A stretch of DNA of 63,771 nucleotides, counting the filler, from an uncultured Gemmatimonadota bacterium (lineage in GTDB: Bacteria; Blakebacterota; Blakebacteria; Blakebacterales; Blakebacteraceae), in NCBI GenBank assembly GCA_964576115.1. It is 4 parts of 4 records of this genome, joined end to end, with 100 filler letters (N's around TTAATTAATTAA, not from the genome) between each part and the next. Parts side by side here need not be neighbours in the genome. Positions count along the whole stretch, not along the records: positions 19,580 to 39,038 come from CAZNUA010000054.1; positions 39,139 to 58,489 come from CAZNUA010000055.1; 2 more parts are not named here. One strand, 5' to 3'. Shown piece by piece: positions 31,944-39,374 of this stretch (position 1 is the first letter of the stretch; the number at the start of each line of letters is the position of its first letter). The notes below the pieces were generated by a model, which saw nothing but the letters and a program-made list of their open reading frames with translations, had not been told where the DNA came from and ran no database searches. A program made the translations under genes and the position numbers.

Positions 31944-32114
31944 GGAGAGAACTCCTTTATCCCGGATCCCGAGCCTGGTATTCCGTCGAGGTTCCGCGCC
32001 ATACTCTACCTGCTGAGCGCGTGGCTGAGAACCAGGGAAAAAAACAGGTTTCGGCGCAGGTGGCGGGATTCCGCTGTCGACAGGTGATGATTTTAAAAAA
32101 CATTCATTGCACGC

Positions 32115-32143
32115 TTTTCAATTATTATCAAATATGATAATAT
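32115..32143 (+). promoter_or_regulatory. Sigma70-like promoter with palindromic operator, TA pair 1
   Basis: TTTTCA-N17-TAATAT; perfect IR TATTATCA-aata-TGATAATA at 32123-32142. Confidence 0.55.
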
Positions 32144-32149
32144 GTGTCT

Positions 32150-32668
32150 ATGGTTATCGTACCGGACAGAGCCCTGTATCCGATCGGATCCCGGATCCGG
32201 GAGATCCGCCTCAACCTGGGTCTGAGCTTGAAGGAGATAGCCGACCGGGCTGGTACCAGTGCGCCGACGATGCATCGCTATGAAAGCGGCTACGACGGAT
32301 ACACCTTTTCGACCCTGAAGAAAATCGCCGCAGCCCTGGATTGTGATCTCGAGATCCGGTTTCGACCGCGCCACAGGCAGGAGACGGGTCGGGGAACAGG
32401 GGCGGAGATCCCCGCGGTCAAGCCCTCCCGCGATGATCTGCATGAGAGTGTCCATTCCCTCTTCTGGGACCGGAAGATCTCGGCCGCTGACCTGGATGAG
32501 TATGCGGTCTGGGCCCTCCGGCGGATCCTCACAGAGGGGAACCTCGAACAGGTTCGACTGGCGACAGCCTACTACGGCACGGAAAGGATCGCCGAGGTCC
32601 TGCGGAGTCGAGGCCTGGACGAGAAGACACGGTCCTTCTGGGAACATCAGCTCAGGGGAAGAAGGTGA
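32150..32668 (+). CDS. XRE-HTH + DUF6922-like putative antitoxin
   Basis: IREIRLNLGLSLKEIA...RYESG HTH, then SLFWD...RILTEG...YYG; overlaps toxin start. Confidence 0.7.
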   Translation: MVIVPDRALYPIGSRIREIRLNLGLSLKEIADRAGTSAPTMHRYESGYDGYTFSTLKKIAAALDCDLEIRFRPRHRQETGRGTGAEIPAVKPSRDDLHESVHSLFWDRKISAADLDEYAVWALRRILTEGNLEQVRLATAYYGTERIAEVLRSRGLDEKTRSFWEHQLRGRR

Positions 32669-33285
32669 TGCACCCCCGCGTTCTCGATCAGCCGACCTGG
32701 CAAGTGGTGCGCGAGCTGGTGAAGGATTCGATCCTGGAGGGCTGGACTCTTTGCGGCGGGACCGGACTGGCCCTGCAGTTCGGACACCGGATCAGCGAGG
32801 ATCTGGATTTCTTTCGAGCGGATGATTTCGAGGTCGATGAACTGCTGCGACAACTCGCCGAATCGGGTGATGTCGAAGTGACGGGGAGAGCCGGGAATAC
32901 CCTGCACCTTTTCCTGGATGGTACCAGGCTGAGCTTTCTCAAACTCGAGGCCCCGCTGCTGTATCCGGGGACCCGCTACCGCGGCCTGACGATCGCCGAT
33001 CCCTGTGATATCGCCATTCTCAAGATCATCGCCATCGGCGGCCGGGGCAGCCGGAAGGATTTCATCGACCTCTATGCCTATCTGCAGCAGGTCCCCGGAC
33101 TCACGCGGCTGCTCGATCTGCTCGAGAGCCGGGATTCGACCATCGACTGGAACCGTTATCACCTGCTCAAGAGCCTGACCTGGTTCGAAGAGGCCGATCG
33201 GGAGCCGATGCCCGCCATGCTCAGAGAACTGGACTGGAGTGTGGTGAAGGAATTCTTCCTCGAGCAGATCCCCCGCCTTGGCTGA
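32665..33285 (+). CDS. AbiEii/AbiGii-family nucleotidyltransferase toxin
   Basis: GGTGLALQFGHRISEDLDFF, K..A..GRG.RKDFIDLY. Confidence 0.85.
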   Translation: MMHPRVLDQPTWQVVRELVKDSILEGWTLCGGTGLALQFGHRISEDLDFFRADDFEVDELLRQLAESGDVEVTGRAGNTLHLFLDGTRLSFLKLEAPLLYPGTRYRGLTIADPCDIAILKIIAIGGRGSRKDFIDLYAYLQQVPGLTRLLDLLESRDSTIDWNRYHLLKSLTWFEEADREPMPAMLRELDWSVVKEFFLEQIPRLG

Positions 33286-33414
33286 GACGATTCTGGCCCG
33301 GCTTCGTGCCCCCCTGCCGGTCTGGGAAAGCTACACCGCCGAATGCTCCTGCTCTGCGTGTGAGAGACCTGCTATGCTGATCGGCGTACCGGTATCCGAA
33401 AAAAAGAGGATGAC

Positions 33415-35115
33415 ATGAATTCGAAGACTCTGGCCTTGCTCCCGACATCGAAGACTCTGTTCCCGCTGCTTCTGGTGATCGGTCTGCTGGCTTCGGGCAG
33501 CAGCTACCCGATCACCGATTCCTCTGTGGTCCCGTCACAGCCGCAGCCCGCGACGCGAATCGCCCTGGTACCGGCCGGGCCTGCCCTGGAGCAGACCGCC
33601 GGGCTCAGCTTCGAAATCTCCTATGCCCGTTCGGTCAATTCAGGTCCGATCACAGGGCGGGTGTACGTCATGCTTGCCGACAGCGAGCGCCGGGAACCGC
33701 GGTACATGGTCTCGACCGGTGGCATCCCGTTCTACGGGGAGGACGTGGAACGGCTTGCTCCGGGCGAGAAGGCTGTCATCGACGAAGACACCTTCGGCTA
33801 TCCGGTCGAGAGCCTGCAGGATATCCCTGCCGGCGACTACTTCGTGCAGGGCTTTGTGAACATCTATACCGAGTTCAGGCGTTCGGACGGGCACGTTCTC
33901 TGGATGCACAAGGATCAGTGGGAGGGCCAGCACTGGAACCGCTCGCCGGGCAACCTCTACAGCGAGGTTCAGAAAGTGCACATCGATCCCGCCCGGGGCG
34001 GGACCGTCGAACTGGTCTGCGACCGGGTGATCCCGCCGGTCGAGGTACCCGAGGATACCGAGCACGTCAGGCGCATCAGGTTCCAGAGCCGCATCCTGAC
34101 CGAATTCTGGGGCCAGCCGATGTACCTGGGCGCCACCATCCTGCTGCCACGCGGGTATGCGGAGGAAACCGACCGCTCCTACCCCGTGAACTACATCCAG
34201 GGTCATTTTTCACTGCGCGCTCCCAACGGATTCAGAGAGGACGGCCGGGGCGAGTTCAGCAGCTACTGGCTCTCCGATGAGTGTCCCCGGATGCTGGCGG
34301 TCACCTTTCAGCATCCCTGCCCGTACTATGACGATTCCTATGCCGTGAACTCCCCCAATGTCGGCCCCTACGGCGATGCCATCATGCAGGAGCTCATTCC
34401 GTATCTCGAGGAGCATTTCCGGATCATCCGCGAACCGTACGCCCGGGTGCTCTCGGGCGGTTCGACCGGCGGCTGGATATCGCTGGCCATGCAGATCTTC
34501 TATCCCGACTTCTTCGGCGGGGTCTTCTCGCTCTGCCCCGACCCGGTCGATTTCCACTACTTCCAGTGCATCGACATCTACCGCGACGAGAACGCCTACT
34601 ACAAGCAGCGGGGCTGGATCCGGGTCGAGACCGCCAGTGACCGCCGCACCGACGGCATCGTCACCCTGACCAGCCGGCAGCGTAACTACTACGAACTGGC
34701 CCTGGGCTCACACGGCAGATCGGGCGATCAGATCGACATCTTCGAGGCCGCCTACGGTCCGATCGGGTCCGACGGGTACACCCGGCCGCTCTTCGATCCG
34801 ATCACAGGCGTGATCGACCGGGAGGTAGCCGAGTACTGGCGGGAGAACTTCGATCTGAATCACATCCTGCAGACCCGGTGGTCCGAATTGGGGCCGAAAC
34901 TGCGGGGCAAGATCCACATCTACACCGGCGATATGGACACCCACTACCTCAACAATGCCGTGGTGCTGATGGAAGAGTTCCTCGAGAGCACCACCGATCC
35001 CTACTACGACGGGGTAGTGGAGTACGGCGACGGTCAGCCGCACTGCTGGGGCCCGCGGGGCATCGACCTGCTGCAGTTGATGGCCCGGCACGTCGAGGCA
35101 ATGGCCGGACGGTAG
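33415..35115 (+). CDS. Secreted alpha/beta hydrolase (putative esterase)
   Basis: Signal peptide, ELIPYLEEHFR, GGSTGG nucleophile elbow, GDMD, PHCW. Confidence 0.7.
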   Translation: MNSKTLALLPTSKTLFPLLLVIGLLASGSSYPITDSSVVPSQPQPATRIALVPAGPALEQTAGLSFEISYARSVNSGPITGRVYVMLADSERREPRYMVSTGGIPFYGEDVERLAPGEKAVIDEDTFGYPVESLQDIPAGDYFVQGFVNIYTEFRRSDGHVLWMHKDQWEGQHWNRSPGNLYSEVQKVHIDPARGGTVELVCDRVIPPVEVPEDTEHVRRIRFQSRILTEFWGQPMYLGATILLPRGYAEETDRSYPVNYIQGHFSLRAPNGFREDGRGEFSSYWLSDECPRMLAVTFQHPCPYYDDSYAVNSPNVGPYGDAIMQELIPYLEEHFRIIREPYARVLSGGSTGGWISLAMQIFYPDFFGGVFSLCPDPVDFHYFQCIDIYRDENAYYKQRGWIRVETASDRRTDGIVTLTSRQRNYYELALGSHGRSGDQIDIFEAAYGPIGSDGYTRPLFDPITGVIDREVAEYWRENFDLNHILQTRWSELGPKLRGKIHIYTGDMDTHYLNNAVVLMEEFLESTTDPYYDGVVEYGDGQPHCWGPRGIDLLQLMARHVEAMAGR

Positions 35116-35183
35116 TCGCGGGAACGCGCCGGCCGCCCGGACCGGATGGTGACAACCGGATTCTGGTGGTAACGGATTGCCGA

Positions 35184-36407
35184 TTACAGTTCCCCGAAGG
35201 GGAGAGCGGTCACATCCGAGCCCAGAGGCAGTCGGACATCTCCGGTATGGATCACATAGCCCGGCCCGGTCCGGTCACCGAGGTCCTGCTGAACGCTCCT
35301 GATCGAATCTGCCATGGCCGGGCGGGGTGTGGCCGAGAGTTTCACCTCTATCGGGGTAAGCCCACCGTTGCTCTCGATGAGAAGGTCCACCTCCCTGCCG
35401 GTTGATGTTCTCCAGAAATAGACCTGCGGGTCGATACCCCGATGCGTGAGCATCTTGACGACCTCGGAAAGAACGGCTGTTTTCAGTATTGCTCCACCAA
35501 GGGGACCGGACGCAGCATGCCCGGGATCTTTCAACCCGACCAGGTAGCAGAGGGTGCCGACATCGGTGAAATAGACCTTCGGTGTCTTGACGAGCCGTTT
35601 TCCGATATTGGTGAAATAGGGGCGCAGAATGATCACCTGGTAGGTTGCCTCCAGAACCGACAGCCAGGCCTTGACCGTATTGACGGCTACGTCGAGATCG
35701 CGGGACATCTCGGTCAGGTTGAACAATTGTGCTGAACGGGCTGCCATGGCTCTGAGGAAATTCTGGAATTGCGTCAGATCACCCACCTGACGCAGGGTTC
35801 GCAGATCCCTTTCGAGATAGGTCTGGACATAGCTCGCATGCCACAGGTTCAGATCCCGTTCAGGTCCGGCGATCAGTTCCGGGTAGCTGCCGCGCAGGAA
35901 ATGAGCCCAGAGTTCCTCGCCGGTCAGTACCGCCCTGACGTCAGGCTTTTCTTCCCGCTCCCATGGCAGAGCAGCATCGGGATGCCCCGCGATTTCACAA
36001 CGCGAGAGAGGCAGGAGCCGGAGAACTGCCACCCGGCCGGCCAGTGACTCAGTGATCTTTTCCGCGAGCAGGATGTTCTGCGACCCCGTCAGGAGGTACT
36101 GCCCGGTCTCATCCCGGTGGCTGTCTATCCTTTCCTTGATATAGGGAAGCAGATCCGGCGCATACTGCACTTCATCGAAAATGACCGGGGGTGGGTAGAG
36201 GTCGAGAAACCCGCGGGGATCTTCGACAGCTGAAGCTCGGACATCTGGTAGCTCGAGAGAGATATAGGCGTATTCAGTCCCGAAGAGATGCGTGAGCAGA
36301 GTGGTCTTGCCCGACTGACGGGGACCGGTCAGCAGAACCGCGGGGAATTGGGATGCCGCCCGCTCCACAACCGGTTCCAGTGACCGTGTGATGTACCGGT
36401 TGTTCAT
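35184..36407 (-). CDS. AAA_14 ATPase with DUF4143 C-terminal domain
   Basis: GPRQSGKTT, FDEVQ, LTGS, KTPKVYFTD, FWRT...EVDLL...IEVK; AAGGAGG RBS. Confidence 0.85.
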   Translation of the reverse strand: MNNRYITRSLEPVVERAASQFPAVLLTGPRQSGKTTLLTHLFGTEYAYISLELPDVRASAVEDPRGFLDLYPPPVIFDEVQYAPDLLPYIKERIDSHRDETGQYLLTGSQNILLAEKITESLAGRVAVLRLLPLSRCEIAGHPDAALPWEREEKPDVRAVLTGEELWAHFLRGSYPELIAGPERDLNLWHASYVQTYLERDLRTLRQVGDLTQFQNFLRAMAARSAQLFNLTEMSRDLDVAVNTVKAWLSVLEATYQVIILRPYFTNIGKRLVKTPKVYFTDVGTLCYLVGLKDPGHAASGPLGGAILKTAVLSEVVKMLTHRGIDPQVYFWRTSTGREVDLLIESNGGLTPIEVKLSATPRPAMADSIRSVQQDLGDRTGPGYVIHTGDVRLPLGSDVTALPFGEL

Positions 36408-36427
36408 GATTACCTCCTTGGCGTGAT

Positions 36428-36455
36428 ATTATGCATTTTAAATGCATAATTGCAA
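36428..36455 (-). promoter_or_regulatory. Sigma70-like promoter covered by a perfect 11-bp inverted repeat
   Basis: TTGCAA-N16-CATAAT on minus strand; ATTATGCATTT-t-AAATGCATAAT at 36428-36450. Confidence 0.65.
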
Positions 36456-36562
36456 GGAGATAGTCGGCAAACGGAAAGGTTTGTATTCGGCTGATTGAAA
36501 CTTCATAGCCCACTCTACCCATCCTGTCGGGCAGAAGGAGGCGTTCCTGCCGTATTTCTCCT

Positions 36563-36592
36563 TTGTGTCATTATCGTAAGCGGCTTATGATA
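36563..36592 (+). promoter_or_regulatory. Sigma70-like promoter with palindromic operator, TA pair 2
   Basis: TTGTGT-N17-TATGAT; IR TATCGTAAG-cgg-CTTATGATA (1 mismatch) at 36572-36592; ATG 6 nt after the -10. Confidence 0.6.
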
Positions 36593-36597
36593 TATGA

Positions 36598-36864
36598 ATG
36601 GAATCGGCACTGCGGAAATATCTCGCCGAGATCGGGCGGCGGGGTGGCAAAGCCAGCCGGCGCACGTTGAGCCCCGAGCAGGCCCGAGAGATGGTCCGGA
36701 TCCGCGAAGCGCGGCGGGCCTATCACCGGTTCTACCACCGGTGTTTCTGGTCGTATGCCCCCGATCTGATCATCGGGTCGGCCGATATTCCCTGGGTCAT
36801 CGAGCAGTTGCGCAAGCACGGCGGCCGTAGGGCCTGGGAGGTGGCAGCCAGGTTATGCCGGTAA
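36598..36864 (+). CDS. Small basic protein, putative antitoxin
   Basis: 88 aa, overlaps downstream nucleotidyltransferase; EIGRRGGKA and CFWSY...WVIEQLRKHG motifs. Confidence 0.6.
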   Translation: MESALRKYLAEIGRRGGKASRRTLSPEQAREMVRIREARRAYHRFYHRCFWSYAPDLIIGSADIPWVIEQLRKHGGRRAWEVAARLCR

Positions 36865-37643
36865 CGGACTTTCAATATGAGATCGGCCGTCTGCTGGCCG
36901 CCAACCGGAGCGAGGACAGCTATCTGGCCGGCGGTACCGCTCTGCTGCTGGAGCCGAACACGAAACGCATCAGCCAGGATATCGATTACTTCCAGGACAG
37001 TGCCGAGCGGGTGACCTCGGCCTATACAGCCGATCGCGAGACATTGGTTACCCACGGATTCGAGATCGAACCCGAGAACATTTTGCCCGGCTACATCCGT
37101 GTCATCGTCCGACGCGGGGAGCAGGCCACCAAGGTGGAATGGGCTCGGGATTCGGCCTGGCGCTTCATGCCCGTGATCGCCAGCGAGGAATTCGGCTATC
37201 GGTTGCATCCGATCGATCTGGCCACCAACAAGGTGCTGGCCCTGGCGGGCCGCGACGAGGCGCGGGATCTCGTGGATACCCTCTATCTGAACGAATACAT
37301 CCTGCCTCTCGGTCCACTGGTCTGGGCCGCAGTGGGTAAGGATCCGGGATTCTCGCCGCTGTCTTTGCTCGAATTGCTGCGTCGCTGCGGGAAGGTTCAA
37401 CCTGAAGAGGTCGCCCGCCTGCACCTGACGGAACCGCTCGATCTGCAGGCGATGAAGAAGGATTGGCTCGCCGCCCTGGATGAGGCCGATGAATTCGTGC
37501 ACGGCCGACCGGCCGAAGAGGCCGGGTGCCTGTATTACTCGCCCGGGTTGCAGGACTTCGTCGATCCGAACCGCGACAATGTGTCAGATGCCGTTCCGCA
37601 CTTCGGCCGGCCGGGTGGGGTGCTGCCGCAAACTGGTGTGTAG
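36855..37643 (+). CDS. AbiEii-like nucleotidyltransferase
   Basis: YLAGGTAL...RISQDIDYF, NKVLALAGRDEARDLVD. Confidence 0.75.
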   Translation: MPVTDFQYEIGRLLAANRSEDSYLAGGTALLLEPNTKRISQDIDYFQDSAERVTSAYTADRETLVTHGFEIEPENILPGYIRVIVRRGEQATKVEWARDSAWRFMPVIASEEFGYRLHPIDLATNKVLALAGRDEARDLVDTLYLNEYILPLGPLVWAAVGKDPGFSPLSLLELLRRCGKVQPEEVARLHLTEPLDLQAMKKDWLAALDEADEFVHGRPAEEAGCLYYSPGLQDFVDPNRDNVSDAVPHFGRPGGVLPQTGV

Positions 37644-37788
37644 CGGTCTGCTGTCGGTCGGACAGAACTCGCCTCGGGCCTACCCTTTCCCGATATGACA
37701 AAACCGCTGAAACCGTACAGGTCGCCGGCACTGCCGCTGCGCAGCTGGGCCTCATCGAAATACAGGCCGGGATCACAGGGCCGGGATG

Positions 37789-37814
37789 CGAAACAAGGAG
37801 GTGGAAGAAGCGTA
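37789..37814 (+). promoter_or_regulatory. ECF-sigma-like promoter
   Basis: CGAAAC-N16-CGTA, matching the motif before the padR genes. Confidence 0.5.
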
Positions 37815-37871
37815 CCAATAAAGCATAGAATTTCTATGTATGGAGCGTTCTGACGGACGGGAGCTGTGTTC

Positions 37872-38765
37872 ATGATGAGAAAGATCGCATCGGGGCTGAT
37901 GCTGGGCATTCTTCTCCTTCAGTCAGGCCGTATCGAGGCCCAGGTGACGGATTTCCCGGTCCTGCGAGGTCCCTATCTGGGACAGAACCCGCCGGGAAGG
38001 ACAGCGCAGATATTCGCCCCCGGAATCGTCTCCATGGATCGATTCAGTGAATTCATCTGTATCTTCACGCCCGACGGTCGGGAGTGTTATTTCGACTGGT
38101 ATGGAGATGATGAGTACCCGCGGGGAGCGGTGCTCACCACCCGGATCGAGAACGGGGTCTGGACCGAGCCCGAGATCGCCGATCTCTTTCACGGTTTCGG
38201 CGATGTATTCCTGCCGACCCTCTCCCCTGACGGTAGATACTGGTTCTTCACCTCGACCTCATTGCCGGTACCGGATGAAGTCGAGGGTCGGATACCAATG
38301 TTCTTCATGGAGAAAACCGAAAGCGGTTGGACGACACCTGCCTACTTTGCGGATACCATCCATGCCTCAGCTACCCTGGATGGTACCGTCTACATCAGTT
38401 CGGGACGCCAGATCAGGCCCGGGCATCCCTTCGAGAGGGTTGTCGAGCTCTATGATGCGTTCCCGTTCGATATTGGGCATTCCGTCATCTCTCCTGACGG
38501 TTCATACCTCATTTTCGACAACAGCGATCTCCCCCGTGTGGGTGACTGCCGGTTGTTTGTCATTTTCAATGATGACGGTACCTGGAGCGATCCTGTCTCT
38601 CTGGGCGACCATATTCAGCAGCACGCCTTCTGTGCCTGGATCTCGGCCGACGGGAAGTACCTCTTCTTTCACTCCTTGGATAATGCGAAAGGGAATATCT
38701 ACTGGATCTCGACCGATATCATCGCTGACATCAGAGCCGGCCGTCTCGATAACATTCGGAGGTAG
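37872..38765 (+). CDS. Secreted TolB/PD40-like beta-propeller protein
   Basis: Signal peptide, YLGQNPPG...FAPGIVS, repeated (S/T)PDG.Y..F. Confidence 0.7.
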   Translation: MMRKIASGLMLGILLLQSGRIEAQVTDFPVLRGPYLGQNPPGRTAQIFAPGIVSMDRFSEFICIFTPDGRECYFDWYGDDEYPRGAVLTTRIENGVWTEPEIADLFHGFGDVFLPTLSPDGRYWFFTSTSLPVPDEVEGRIPMFFMEKTESGWTTPAYFADTIHASATLDGTVYISSGRQIRPGHPFERVVELYDAFPFDIGHSVISPDGSYLIFDNSDLPRVGDCRLFVIFNDDGTWSDPVSLGDHIQQHAFCAWISADGKYLFFHSLDNAKGNIYWISTDIIADIRAGRLDNIRR

Positions 38766-39038
38766 ACGGAATCCGGTCCGGTTGCGTCGTTGGTATCCTG
38801 TCCCGGCGCAGCCCGGGCTGTTCGGACTCACCAATGCCCGAGCGGCCGAGAGCTGCCTGCGGACCGCCGTCGAATACGCTTTCGGATTGCTGCCCGACGA
38901 GTTTGGCGCCTTCCGCAGCGCCACGGAAGCTACCTGCTGGAACTGACCGTGACGGATAAAATCAGCGGCGACGTCGTACAGAACTCCCTGTTCTTCAGAA
39001 CGTTACCGACGATTCCGTAAATCTGACACGGGCAGATA

Positions 39039-39138
39039 NNNNNNNNNNNNNNNNNNNNNNNNNNNNNNNNNNNNNNNNNNNNTTAATTAATTAANNNNNN
39101 NNNNNNNNNNNNNNNNNNNNNNNNNNNNNNNNNNNNNN
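39039..39138. other. Artificial contig linker
   Basis: N run with TTAATTAATTAA. Confidence 0.95.
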
Positions 39139-39234
39139 GGCGGCGATTTCTTCCAGGCTGGGGCTGTAGCCGTTCTGGTCCATGAAGTCCTCGATGAAAT
39201 CGAGGATCTCGCGCTGGCGGCGGGTGAGGTTCAT
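39139..39234 (-). CDS. lexA: LexA repressor, N-terminal 32 aa only (cut by contig end)
   Basis: MNLTRRQREILDFIEDFMDQNGYSPSLEEIA is a typical LexA DNA-binding-domain start; GGAGG RBS. Confidence 0.75.
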
Positions 39235-39283
39235 GACGGGCCTCCGCGGCGACGGTGGGACCGGGATCGGTCCACCTGAGGCC

Positions 39284-39312
39284 ATCATGAGCGAAAGGGA
39301 GGCGAAAGTCAA
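39284..39312 (-). promoter_or_regulatory. lexA promoter with TTCGC-N6-TTCGC direct repeat in the spacer
   Basis: TTGACT-N17-CATGAT; spacer reads TTCGCctccctTTCGCt. Confidence 0.65.
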
Positions 39313-39374
39313 GCCGGAAAGGCGAACATCCTTTCACCTACCCCAAATGCGAGCGCACTTGCGAAATGACATAC

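Noticed and set aside
32123-32142. Fur box
   Set aside because: It shares GATAAT, but the spacing differs, and position before an HTH antitoxin favours autoregulation
33421-33459. 12-bp direct repeat TCGAAGACTCTG
   Set aside because: Only two copies, in frame within a signal peptide (SKTL); no array
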